Below, one piece after another: positions 32,301 to 39,358 of a stretch of DNA of 64,000 bases; the first letter of the stretch is position 1, and each line of letters begins with the position of its first letter. The translations under genes were made by a program, and so were the position numbers. The notes beneath the pieces are model-generated. The model was not told where the DNA came from. It ran no database searches and was given only the letters and a program-made list of their open reading frames with translations. The stretch comes from a virus (lineage: Duplodnaviria; Caudoviricetes). Location: positions 1 through 64,000 of IMG/VR virus record IMGVR_UViG_3300014205_000008. One strand, written 5' to 3'.

Positions 32301-34978
32301 CTAAGAGACTCTAATGCGGAATCAACTGATTGTACGTTATCAAAACCTTCTTTGTTACTATTAAAAAAGTTTATAACATGATTTACAGATTCATCAATAA
32401 ATCTATTAGCAGCTATTGCTTTTAAATCATCTTCAGATTTAGTTCTGTTCTCCCCCGCTAAATTAAAATCACTATTACTTAATATGCCTTCTATCTTAGG
32501 TAGTACAGAGTTAACTTCTTTTAATATTTCAAAATCCTTTTTAGATTTAGATATTTCATCTTCTGTCCAGTTAAATTCTAGTAACGAACTTTCGTCACCT
32601 TCGGCATCCTGAAGTTCGTTCATATAAGCTTCTACGCTATCTCTATTTATATCATTTTCTTTGTTCCTTAAATCAGTAAACAAATCTTTTAATATCTTTT
32701 TATCTTGTAAGTTTAACGGAGAGTTCTCATTAACATTATTTATAATAGAATTGAACACGTCAGAAGAAGTAGTTTCACCTTTCTTATATTTACTATAAGT
32801 TTCGTCTCTTGCTATTTTCTTCTTGTATTGCATTCCTTTTACAAAATATTCACCATCTCGTATACCAAGATTTTTTCTCTCTCTTGCTATTTCTTCTCTT
32901 ACAATATCTAAAGGAGAAATCCTACCATCACCATCAATTAAAGAATCTTCTATATTATCATAACTTAATTCTTTAATCCTTTTTATTGCATCAGTTTTCT
33001 CTTCTGAAGTTGTTTTATCGTTGTTTAGCTTTTGATTAAGATTGAAAATTTCTTTTAGATTATTAATTCTTCTTTCGTTAATATTAGAAATATCTTTGTA
33101 TTCTTTTGCTATATTTTTACGACCTTCTTTACTTAATAAGTAATCTGATTTTTGTTGAGAATCATTAATTAAACTATCAATAGCATATTTCTGGCTTTCG
33201 TCAATAGTTTCTTTAAGTTTATTTAAGGTTTCTCTTTTATTTAACTCATAGAATAATGCTTTATTAACTATATTATTAATAGCAATATCAGCTGTTGTAG
33301 CAGCTACATTATTAAACTTAGTGGTTTTATTTTGAACTTGATCATATAAATCTTTAACCTTACTTGCGTTTTCTTTAAACTTTGCAAACTCTTCTTTGTC
33401 AGTTCCTTCTACGTTTTCCATATCTGCAATACGAGATATAGCATAGTCAAGAGCGTCATCAGTAGACTCAAAATGTTTATCATCAGAAAGAAAAGTATAT
33501 AAATATTTAGATAATGCCATATCGTTATTAAACTCATTATGGAAACTATCATTATTCAATGTTGCAGCTGTTGCTTCATTAAATACATTTCTATCTCCAA
33601 GAGTTTGATAAAATGATTTAACCGTCTTATTTATATCTAATTCACCATTGTTCTTAGTAATACCACCAATTCTGTCTTTAAAATTTTTATCTGTTGTATC
33701 AAGATAACTAGCAATATTCTTTTTCCAGCTTTCTCCGAATTCGGTTACTTGTTTATTTTGTTCTGCTGCAGTTTGAAAACCAGAAACACCACCCATAGGA
33801 GCCCCTATAAGAGCGCCAAGAATCATTGATTTTTGTCCTTCGGTAGTAGAAAATCCGTTTACCCATTCTTTTGCATAGCCAGTTATAGCGTCTGTAAACG
33901 TTTTTTTTGTATTAGACGCAGTTCTTGTTTCATAATTTTGAATAGCAGTTTGAATTCCTTCTTCCCAAAGACCTTCTGAAGCAACGCCTAATCCTGCATA
34001 TTTTAAAGTATTACCTGTTTTAGTAGTCATTACCTTAGATAAGTCATCAACGTTATCACGCATAACTTTTCTCATCTTAGATACATTCTTATTAAATCCA
34101 CCTAAAAAGAATTTAGATTGAATAAAATCAGGCAGAACTAAAATAGCTGAGTTAGAAACAAATGTATTTGCTGCACCAGATGAAGCTATATCGTTTATTT
34201 CTTCTGGTGTATATTTATCTGTAGCTTCCAGATTTCTTTTAATAGTATTATATGTATCGTTAGATTCAAATGCAGATTCACTTACGGTATTATATGCTGT
34301 AACAGCCCAAGGAGTTATTGCATTAAACGTTTTAGCTGCGTTACCAGTTAGTTCTAACGCCTTCCCAAGTTTACCTATTGCTCCAGCAGGAATATAAGCA
34401 GAAGCCATAAATGCAAGCCCATCTGTAAAATCTTCAAACCAAAATTTTTGACTTGATAAAATATCAAATATATTATCAGAATTATATTTATCTCCAGCGT
34501 AAACAGGTAACGCCTCTCTTAATACTTCATCTGCCTTTTCCATAGAATTAGCAAAATCACTATTAATCATAGTATTGATGTCTCCAGTTATTAATGAGCC
34601 AATTGCACCAGTAGTATAAGAAAGAGCAGCCCCCGCTTTTGGAATTACCGCTAAAGCTCTACTAGCAACTCCATTTAAAAGTGCTGAAGAAAACGGTTGT
34701 GATTCTGATCTGTATTTTGGAAGATTTTGTAATTGAGATATAGATGTAATATCCTTATCATATTTACTTTCTCCAAATCCAGGAACCCCAACTCCTCTAC
34801 CAGATAAATAATCAGAAGAATTTTCTTTATTATTTATTGATTCCTGCCATGCTTTTTGAGCGTTATCATTTTTTAATTTAGTGTTAACGGGGGCAACTGT
34901 TGGAATAGAATCCAATACAGAACCAACGTTATCAACTTCTGGCATATCCATTATAATTTTATCGAAATTATCTTCCAT
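20399..34978 (-). CDS. Giant virion-associated RNA polymerase polyprotein (cargo region, SF1 helicase, zincin, RNAP)
   Basis: RNAP catalytic GSDYDVD (~23640-23668); Walker A GLAGTGKTT, DE, GDPTQ, QGKTF, YTATSRAK; HExxH motifs HEIFH and HEEIH; likely start MEDNF at 34978. Confidence 0.88.
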   Translation of the reverse strand: MEDNFDKIIMDMPEVDNVGSVLDSIPTVAPVNTKLKNDNAQKAWQESINNKENSSDYLSGRGVGVPGFGESKYDKDITSISQLQNLPKYRSESQPFSSALLNGVASRALAVIPKAGAALSYTTGAIGSLITGDINTMINSDFANSMEKADEVLREALPVYAGDKYNSDNIFDILSSQKFWFEDFTDGLAFMASAYIPAGAIGKLGKALELTGNAAKTFNAITPWAVTAYNTVSESAFESNDTYNTIKRNLEATDKYTPEEINDIASSGAANTFVSNSAILVLPDFIQSKFFLGGFNKNVSKMRKVMRDNVDDLSKVMTTKTGNTLKYAGLGVASEGLWEEGIQTAIQNYETRTASNTKKTFTDAITGYAKEWVNGFSTTEGQKSMILGALIGAPMGGVSGFQTAAEQNKQVTEFGESWKKNIASYLDTTDKNFKDRIGGITKNNGELDINKTVKSFYQTLGDRNVFNEATAATLNNDSFHNEFNNDMALSKYLYTFLSDDKHFESTDDALDYAISRIADMENVEGTDKEEFAKFKENASKVKDLYDQVQNKTTKFNNVAATTADIAINNIVNKALFYELNKRETLNKLKETIDESQKYAIDSLINDSQQKSDYLLSKEGRKNIAKEYKDISNINERRINNLKEIFNLNQKLNNDKTTSEEKTDAIKRIKELSYDNIEDSLIDGDGRISPLDIVREEIARERKNLGIRDGEYFVKGMQYKKKIARDETYSKYKKGETTSSDVFNSIINNVNENSPLNLQDKKILKDLFTDLRNKENDINRDSVEAYMNELQDAEGDESSLLEFNWTEDEISKSKKDFEILKEVNSVLPKIEGILSNSDFNLAGENRTKSEDDLKAIAANRFIDESVNHVINFFNSNKEGFDNVQSVDSALESLRLLETGLNHESRQVLLNSKKGQEIVSKVAKLRNMLNTILKVATNNQNNKTAADNNAKVNYGILRGQVVLNNSIFEILSKYMGGDLVNSIKNDFVEDNNNFIHIEKLVAKIKTADVDERKNLMSILTSTKDGLSDNLVEYIKQTLKENPTYTKEEIAAANPTVTKSRDRAEANLLKKLDEFLVAYKENPSSTFPTLLLEKFPNREEGDEHVRPIDVYYLNNNIAELHYALKHGNKSIGSGFPRIPYDSLISIVEQHMLIESIDSIEKSVNSNLDTLEYLNNEKKNALAEKTAELKLSPSRQQRIAIFELLRWFKSGNKGNGLGSFAYMKGLAGTGKTTVVSKLFAKFAGVDSKNIFAIGNNDSSTKTINDSLGTVSDKTISTIVKADIANNIELLFVDEIGAILQEEFDNLVSIVESINKDRAANRIKELKVVALGDPTQIVRKENFDNPIQSSRNTKLKDVTIITPLTIPFRSDINSVLEVQNVYHMNKNTVSGITVSASEDLGVKAKGVQAGFTKQALINQLNTHKDNGRTKVLVVGRDEDVDMYKSLLGDTIPGLEILTYQNVQGKTFENVFIDIDPSVNAISSLMSDSQKLTASTARNKIMYTATSRAKEYIFIFDHTGTFVNKKSDSIEESEKNNVKQKNEYQDQYLKDVAKDINIMKGFGIKVEKTKPSVKGQEEQKEDDVDNTISTSIEEEIIIEEDEPEIVDDSISEIGSESFDDFFEVNNLKDGDVIHNVKHTTNFGEKDGSNGVKTPYSKGDKVYYVKVERGKNKYVEMFTRNSSDISQESYFRVGVIDNEESLNLFGRTLDEVLNDDLITANAVGGNGQLHIKLSGNQSSIVGTGIIATTPRPITYVYKKDKDTSNNIVSNIMDIFERVFGTRGFTILSKELKIFKPNEVKKKKLGGVRAGVPYLIIDIQRDAKDGNGSIFQQYVKLSPRMVNKEKDASLLEPIFSFINSTEKIESIISDDNIKLGTKPFNDLIKKFKGNYKVSEDGSSIVEKTSNRVSLTEAKLIIPELTQEQFDNIVKIIEPLVKGFYGIGNVSVKMSEEEFKEQFIDNPEYQENTDYDGIYYVDSKERFFKYDTETGKVVARSLYTKGNGNKVLVDQKTDEKFPRKFLTKKDLVAGKGMSQISLNKLAKNNATPGDVNIRVRKTIKQKDSSNSYSFVTGKSLLSSGTSNMEYVSFLRRVLMENSIDIDYIDPKNEESIYVVEAAIIDNNIFTPEEMWKARTSIESEALSTGSLKQALGFEGDSIESSTLKYPIDLSEINDLGTDNLDEDAGNLVESRLDDIIPTTLNVKIDKPVAKKKDDTTTPPKDNTPSALSEAEQLLKDNEAFLKDNEDDILFSTIREFDSKEDEDKYLGAILSRESVVKLIKKRIPGIKEGQIQFVESIVKQVGDSSIEAWGSYVDGVISLVVDKNGGIRENIVKHEIFHKVYTERFSLEERRRIKSAFNKEFPKTLIMDRIELEEFMAEKYQLWKAGDYITDNNVIKKLFARLRDFFRFVSDNREYIESVFRDISNGLYKESGLNTIGGRTAAIKTIFDTAEDAKLAKKALVNTMSKLNNEGVDGYPISKNEIKEQVKYALKQRISENKTKFEAIINQLAKLEMLSNMPQDIYDKLDLQRQKFEKTIKLYSKTYKHFDTIFEFAYPTWDIKNFGSEDDLVNELFDEETSISIADDIIDWDTVNMEGKISAASKQFMSNIKWKQDNGTIGGYVNPRFAYIAALEIMNGVDESTGNIVDQINEKMKKNTNKMYRAVGNQLIDLYNNVSLGYVNENKVRRDAKFLTDGTFLYTKDPSAEHDILFAIGKNSLTTKGIQFSEVTRDNYRTKEFINKIIDETNDRFSKEDLFNLYSQYKNADLLKTVFSNFLSQRERDIKIIEITNNNGKKMMKFIGAKGRTHVSPIKDQIKNALTSLKNKETAIELLNYTKSIMRGVKTAEDKVEVINSFIKKLGLESLLTDNISTTSDLIDDVYNSIELLFVNSNALSEIYNDVNSELDKDEDAQKEEELIRNKLSSDVAKLTNSLLNNLAKLLGANSRVQRATSVTSASGKTKYNYVVGGQAQTILNNLKNRVKSPGFEGTSYHGLSALKLPPFITGSEYFSWNIFKKGINSIFQVEDFDGTTENVGYSRDSYTTEYKDEQYDNYMERAFSAQFIAALSASSSARKMYSQNLYTISNKPSNISVGVSPLNRLKAIEALNSMVTQIGKQKDFSKVKLGNKRRLVNFNVLGEAINNKMKGGATEIFSKGTFTHYELSDAAFAALSDQAFVKDISNDVYNLLIEKSKLVTQEFIDYGISIPVDNLNNDNITSIIDKVLFPTANFSNINYEKTFDWKTKKIITSKFLSPSIKFRETRDDILKRINKFYKTEFQNLDDAMAVYGELDPIFESQKLIEKEVIEPLVAAFVVNDYINSNQLTQLISGPFNFFKSANELTKRLSGASSPGIRGIVDSKVGMPERTNIAILDDEKFNVGTDIRALLKEGFGISEEDINSIISLFGDENSSFEYTDGQGFMLPERQEELIAGFGLNYGVGNVSKPAYYHIDENQIPRMLKYSSVVLTDELTSKYETLRVLRDKMRKGGKDGNIVYGEVVFASGNKVGTPTILTDVKELLNNKESFIQEDSGFEIYNKDYRLQLNPLHNPDSDVANPTQLGYFLNTMKNNVARAAKVYSALSKLINNGSDQIFSELSTKEGKTSKIKGVLRNGQTNKRTSEIFEHFTEKFSKIKTPWNYPAISSKLTTQLVSLISKSTVNVRFKGSKLVLQTAFGTDILKDNEELLRKEAKLNYKVKKFGNKENAGDILYAEVIVPRGMLPKELEQFIENSKEDTPEQFLYPDLLGFRLPSSELHSAIPLKIVGFYDAQGTNVIIAPKEIVALHGSDYDVDALYVIRREYDKDGNPIGYKKENEQYVFDDEFINSDKFNELSVDEQSKYLKNQILDTFLEAITIRENRMRMASPISMIEIKKAITKILKIKPKSKIRKNDSSFILDRQKTHASSFEALSGTGIFANGIKSLAYMQRTGKDGSDPKIISSEEINRAFVIDNQNFDTLQSDKKLWEDQDAFLNSAIDNVNEQDLPNVNMTKDNIKAFIALRGFGVDLDTSLQLFSQEFAEVLNKKGRRGQKYLKLSFLSVLGNGIIEKPSEGINSRDLTGEFGIRSELSLEDIFKKQKDEKELTEKELEYVYKQYEFFTLFNKALYIGDAISKISKVLSIIKQFPVTKFDIEKILNAKNNIFGKDSTFPIDVENFFKELPHVQAAYDALEKTNTKLEEMFYRYNPVIKTAVKEVYKNKDISYAEDPEEDDQKKTEEFMKFLLSSVKWDPAYKGFASEPERLTSKGNVLKGEYAFLDRMFESVSLLKNNPATKDNLFVSGISLGNGANAKKVINFAPASSMDYEDIIDYENAFDKLLYYEVVNGKIVKKDKLGNSKYTMELSKIQKDFMRYLILEQGLVHSKNNYAEVLPLRMMKIFHIQFEYLMDNVLANKTKLKELSNLFEVQVSVNNASSLPFIPSVDKVKIDEKNIYKMYIIDNESIFANFSSEPRRDAEGKIDVRKTNKDFPKFVRSGEKTSKTGNTYVDVYVQTHTDPETGMMYYQKVARQGIKNIYSVGKSGNEFSYKMNEAFRPDIRNITVGRPEEGNEALSNTNYDLRIGSTISLTAFADPARQDKYFYKVKGASNKTKDGKAYKKYSVELVSEPPTILGNIGEEEKYINFPNYKNFEDLSVREELTKVSNAHGRLAPIADLLLNRVSSLRNRINIDRDSPYQGVTLNENTVSKEGIIESNIRTIINDTIFNEFSKDEIIIHEEIHRYLNYMVNTSNEWAANGAILPLTKPEQTFVKEANELYNLYKNSSLYKSNPKFFKAKDIGEFLAYGLTNKDFIKQLVDIKVDNSTLLQKLINSIVKLFEGNVNIANLLNKSFSDLMVNQNLAADVYTLNIDAFENLVDRQLENGSTEITEEDLINALKQCGI

Positions 34979-34979
34979 A

Positions 34980-36611
34980 TTATTTATTTTTATATTGGTA
35001 AACGTCATTAAATATTTCAGCTGCATCTTGTGAAAATAATGCATTTGTCATAACTGATTTTGTCATATTACCTTTATCATCTTTTTGAATCTTATAGATT
35101 TCTTTTTCTGTTGATCCTTCGATTGGTCTTAAATAATACATATATTTATTTCCGTTTTGATCTAAATAACTATTATCTAACATATTATTAAGAGTCTTTT
35201 GAAATCCTTTTTTAACATCAGCACCTTTACTTATATTTAATCCGTTATTTTTATCATATCCTATTAAAGTTTCTCCGCCTCCAGAAAAATCATACATTGA
35301 GTTATAAATTGCTTCTCCTTGTGAAAGAACAGCTCTAGCTTTTTCAGATAGTTTTGGATTATCTTTTGTTATAAAAATATCTTTATCATTTATAGTTACT
35401 TTTATAGCGCCTTTAAATGGTAAAATTTCTATGTTATTTGGATTATATTTTCCTTCTTCTGTTGCTAAACTGAATTCTCCAGCTTTCCCATTACTTTCAA
35501 CTCCAGATATTTTCCCATCTGTTGATAAAGTATTTAATAGATTATCATGAGATGTAGGACTTTCAAAAGAACTAGTAGACGCAGACCTTGCTTGCTGTCT
35601 CTCTAAAAATGTAGCCATACCAGTGCGCACCTCATCTTCACTAGGTTTTTTACCAAGAGTTTTTTCCATTTCTTTTGATGTTATATCATAAAGTTCTGGA
35701 TATTTTTCTTTTATAATCTTTTCGGTTCTCTTCATAGCATTATCATCAGCTGCCAATTTACCTAATCCAGATGGCGCAAAAATTGCTTTCCAGTCCATCC
35801 AATCATTTAATGTAGTGTTACCAGATAGATTTGCAATATCACGTGTATTTAAAGATACATTAGGTCTTGTACCTGGAATATATTTATTAACTTCTCCGGT
35901 CCCGTTGCCAGAATCATTACCATCTGAATTTGTTGGCGGCTTATTCCTATATTTATTAAAGAATACATTCATCGCTTTTTCTCTCATTTGAGTTATCTCT
36001 TCTGGTTTCATATATTGATATTCAGAAGCAGCTAATCCATCAAACATTGCTAAAGCGTTTTTCATTGCATATTCTTTATCTCCATTAAATATATCATCAT
36101 TATAATTTGATGTAGCAACTTTAGTAGCAAATGTTTCTAATGGTTGGGTATCTTTTGTTACAACTCGTCCAGATGTAGGATCAGACATCATTTCTCTATA
36201 TCCATATTGGCTTATTTGTCCACTCATTAAAGCTTTATCAGCCTTTTCTTTAGTATCCATAGCAATAGTATATCTCTTATTAATATCATATAGGCTACCA
36301 GCAAGTTTCTCTTTCTGGAAGTTTCTATTAAGAGTTGTCATCGCTGCTAATATAGCATTAGGATCTCCTTGATATTTAGTATATATATCAGATAATTGAG
36401 AGTCATATTGCTTTGAAATCTCTTGTAACATCTTTGTATCAGCTTCTCCATACGCTTTAGTTGATAAAAGATCATTCTCAAGAATAGCTCTTGATTGTTC
36501 TGCTTGAGCAGAGTCTTGAGCTTTCTTTTGCATCAACATTGCCTGCATTTGAATATTAGGACTAGTCGGAATGTACTGAGAATTAATTGGTTGGGTATAG
36601 CGATTGATCAT
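34980..36611 (-). CDS. Virion cargo (ejection) protein
   Basis: Helical ~543-aa protein between cargo 1 and vRNAP; crAss-like synteny. Confidence 0.6.
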   Translation of the reverse strand: MINRYTQPINSQYIPTSPNIQMQAMLMQKKAQDSAQAEQSRAILENDLLSTKAYGEADTKMLQEISKQYDSQLSDIYTKYQGDPNAILAAMTTLNRNFQKEKLAGSLYDINKRYTIAMDTKEKADKALMSGQISQYGYREMMSDPTSGRVVTKDTQPLETFATKVATSNYNDDIFNGDKEYAMKNALAMFDGLAASEYQYMKPEEITQMREKAMNVFFNKYRNKPPTNSDGNDSGNGTGEVNKYIPGTRPNVSLNTRDIANLSGNTTLNDWMDWKAIFAPSGLGKLAADDNAMKRTEKIIKEKYPELYDITSKEMEKTLGKKPSEDEVRTGMATFLERQQARSASTSSFESPTSHDNLLNTLSTDGKISGVESNGKAGEFSLATEEGKYNPNNIEILPFKGAIKVTINDKDIFITKDNPKLSEKARAVLSQGEAIYNSMYDFSGGGETLIGYDKNNGLNISKGADVKKGFQKTLNNMLDNSYLDQNGNKYMYYLRPIEGSTEKEIYKIQKDDKGNMTKSVMTNALFSQDAAEIFNDVYQYKNK

Positions 36612-36612
36612 T

Positions 36613-39162
36613 TTATTCTCCTCCTTCAAATTTAGTTATTGCGTCTGCTAATTTATTATAATCACTACCTTTTATTTTATCAGAAGAAGTTATTCCTAAT
36701 TTTTTAGCAATATGTATAATATAATTTTTTGTTGAATCAGAACTAGCATCTGGCGCATAAACTTTAACAAACTCTTCTACTGTTAGATCCCTGTTTGCTT
36801 TTGCAGTTATATCTTGAATTAACGCTTTCCTACCTAATTCTGAAGACCTAAAAATAGCATGCCCTTGTTTATCTACTCCTGTTACAGAATCTCCCCATAA
36901 TTGTTTTGCTCTTTTCATAGTCATTGGTTTAAGATTTCCTGGGTTGTTATTCCTAACTGATCTAGCTTCAGTATTTACTGATTCTGTATTTGATTGATTA
37001 GATTCTTCAAGATTTGATACATAAGGATTTTGTTCTTTTGTGTAAGGATTTGGAGACTCAATAGTTGCAGAAGGTTGTGTTTCTTTCTTAGCTGGTGCTC
37101 TTAATGTATCATTTTTACCGGGGATATAAGCTCCTTTTACAGTGGTTGTGTCGTATTCAGGATACATATCATATAACATCTCTTGAGTATTTTTATCTTG
37201 TAAATTATAACGTGCAGCTTCTGATAACTGCCCAATTCCTGTTGTGATTAAAGCGTCTTTAGCTGCTTCATTACGATCATTAATATCACTAATGCCAAGT
37301 TTTATTCTATTATTATGTTCTCTTGTACGCATATTTAATTCTTCTGCTCTTCCTGCCAATCCTTCGTTAACATTAAATGCACTTTCTTTCATTCTTGAAA
37401 CTTGATCACTTGCGGCTACATCGCTTGCTATTCTCTGTGCTGCATTAGCGGTTGGAGAACTAGGGTTATACGCACGTAATCTATTATAGTTTGCTGTTTC
37501 AATTTGTTTCTCTGCTTCTCTTGTTCTGTATTGTCTAGGTGTAATATTAGCATCTAACATATAATCATTAGGGTCAACTTTATCAACCTTATCAAATATA
37601 CCACGAATAGTATTAACAGCTCCAGGGATATAGTTTAATATATCACTTTTATATTCAAAAGGTTTTCGTGTTGAAGTTGTAGTATCTGATAAATAAGAAC
37701 CTTCTCCTGTTAAGTTATTAATAGTTTCTTCTGGTATTGGTTTAGGGTCAAGCTTAGTTACGTTTATTGGTTTTCTTCCATCTATAGTTACTTCTGGTAA
37801 AGTATTTTTTGCTTGTGAATCTGGAACCTGAAATCCTGGTTCTACTGTATTAAAAAACTTTGGAGCAGGAATATAAGGTATATTAACAAATGGCGGGTTA
37901 GGTTTAGCTGGTGGATTTTGTTTTTGAATAATTGACATTTCATAATCATCAAATCCAAGTCCAGTAGCATCTCCATTATTATTAGCTCTTATAGCTCTGT
38001 TATACATTATCTCTTCAGGATTTAACGGATCAGTTTGCTCATACCAATTCTTTCTACGTTTAGGCGGATTACCATCATCTATAGAATAATAAGGAGACAG
38101 TACGCTGTTTCTGTTTACTAAACTAGGAATCTTTTCTCCATATTTTTCTCTATAATAATTTAATACAGATAAATCTTCACCTCCGTCAAGTTCTGGCAGT
38201 TCTCCTCCATCAGCCATTATACCATTCTTCTGTGCGTACATATTTAATGCAGCATTTTCATTAGCATACTTAGATTCTAACATATCATTACCCATACTTC
38301 CTAACATACCAGCAGCACCAAATCCAACAGACATACCTTTAGTTAACCCAGTAGAATCTTCACCAGAGTTTTTCATAATGTTACTTCCGGTATCCGCACC
38401 TATTGACGCATCAAATCCGGCTACAGAAAAGTCTTCATAAGGGCCCCCAAACGCTAACATCTTATCGTTAATAGATGTATTAAGCTCTGCTCTCTTTGCA
38501 TCATTAGCTGCAGATATTTTCTTTAATTCAATACCCATAGCTTCAGAAGCCATCTTATCATCATTCTGGAACTTATCTCCTAATCTTTTCTTATACTTAT
38601 TAAGTATAACTTTGGCTTCATCTGCAAAAGTTTTATTGTTAGCAGACTTAAGTCTATTACTAAAGACATATCCATTCCAAGATACTTCTCCATTTTCAAC
38701 TTTTGCAATAGGTCCTCTGTCCCCTGTTACGGAAGGATTACCTTTTTTATCTACAGGTATACCTCCATTAGGGCCTTGATGTGTTTGTCCTTTATATTCT
38801 TGTACCATATCAGGCATCATTCCAGGCATCTGTCCACCATCAGCAAACATTCTTTGATGCCAAACTCCACCTTGTACACCGTCTTGTGAGTTCCAGAAAT
38901 TCTGATCTGCAACTTGGTTCATAACCATTTCTTTTTTCTTGGCTAATGTCTTTTCAGTAGCCTCTTCTTTAAAGTGACCAGCTATTCCTCCTACTACAGC
39001 TCCAAACGCTCCACCAACACCAGTGCCAATAGGTCCAAATATCGAACCAACAGAAGCTCCTGCGGCTGCACCTGTTCCGGCACCAGAAAGTGTACCTCCC
39101 CACCCTAACTCCTTGATATACAGTACTTCATCTGGGGTAAATTGTGTTTTTTTATTTTTCAT
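36613..39162 (-). CDS. Virion cargo protein 1-like, with Gly/Ala-rich membrane segment and C-terminal RNNNPGN lysozyme-like domain
   Basis: GAAAGASVG..GAVVGG segment, G.TH.G.NGG..VE.GEV motif, C-terminal RNNNPGNL..YAP..Y..AI..FE. Confidence 0.7.
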   Translation of the reverse strand: MKNKKTQFTPDEVLYIKELGWGGTLSGAGTGAAAGASVGSIFGPIGTGVGGAFGAVVGGIAGHFKEEATEKTLAKKKEMVMNQVADQNFWNSQDGVQGGVWHQRMFADGGQMPGMMPDMVQEYKGQTHQGPNGGIPVDKKGNPSVTGDRGPIAKVENGEVSWNGYVFSNRLKSANNKTFADEAKVILNKYKKRLGDKFQNDDKMASEAMGIELKKISAANDAKRAELNTSINDKMLAFGGPYEDFSVAGFDASIGADTGSNIMKNSGEDSTGLTKGMSVGFGAAGMLGSMGNDMLESKYANENAALNMYAQKNGIMADGGELPELDGGEDLSVLNYYREKYGEKIPSLVNRNSVLSPYYSIDDGNPPKRRKNWYEQTDPLNPEEIMYNRAIRANNNGDATGLGFDDYEMSIIQKQNPPAKPNPPFVNIPYIPAPKFFNTVEPGFQVPDSQAKNTLPEVTIDGRKPINVTKLDPKPIPEETINNLTGEGSYLSDTTTSTRKPFEYKSDILNYIPGAVNTIRGIFDKVDKVDPNDYMLDANITPRQYRTREAEKQIETANYNRLRAYNPSSPTANAAQRIASDVAASDQVSRMKESAFNVNEGLAGRAEELNMRTREHNNRIKLGISDINDRNEAAKDALITTGIGQLSEAARYNLQDKNTQEMLYDMYPEYDTTTVKGAYIPGKNDTLRAPAKKETQPSATIESPNPYTKEQNPYVSNLEESNQSNTESVNTEARSVRNNNPGNLKPMTMKRAKQLWGDSVTGVDKQGHAIFRSSELGRKALIQDITAKANRDLTVEEFVKVYAPDASSDSTKNYIIHIAKKLGITSSDKIKGSDYNKLADAITKFEGGE

Positions 39163-39178
39163 ATTATTATATATTATT

Positions 39179-39209
39179 CAAAAAAAAAGCCCTCTCGCAA
39201 AAGAAGGCT
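39179..39209 (-). terminator. Rho-independent terminator (minus strand)
   Basis: AGCCTTCT-TTTGCG-AGAGGGCT followed by a T run on the minus strand. Confidence 0.7.
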
Positions 39210-39272
39210 AATATGTTTTATTAGATTTTTTAACCTCAATAATAAAATAAATTATTTTTTTAATTATCTTAG

Positions 39273-39304
39273 CAAAGATAGTATAAAAAATACAATTTGT
39301 CAAG
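39273..39304 (-). promoter_or_regulatory. Bacteroidota-type sigma promoter (minus strand)
   Basis: CTTG, 20-nt spacer, TATCTTTG on the minus strand. Confidence 0.55.
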
Positions 39305-39358
39305 TGTTACTGACTGTTATTTTCTAATGAGAATTATTATATTTTAGTTACAAAAGAA

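Noticed and set aside
34979-35044. Upstream extensions in the ORF track (35044, also 6799, 15733, 44876, 11783)
   Set aside because: They overlap neighbouring genes or promoters; downstream ATGs, mostly with A-rich leaders, are more plausible starts
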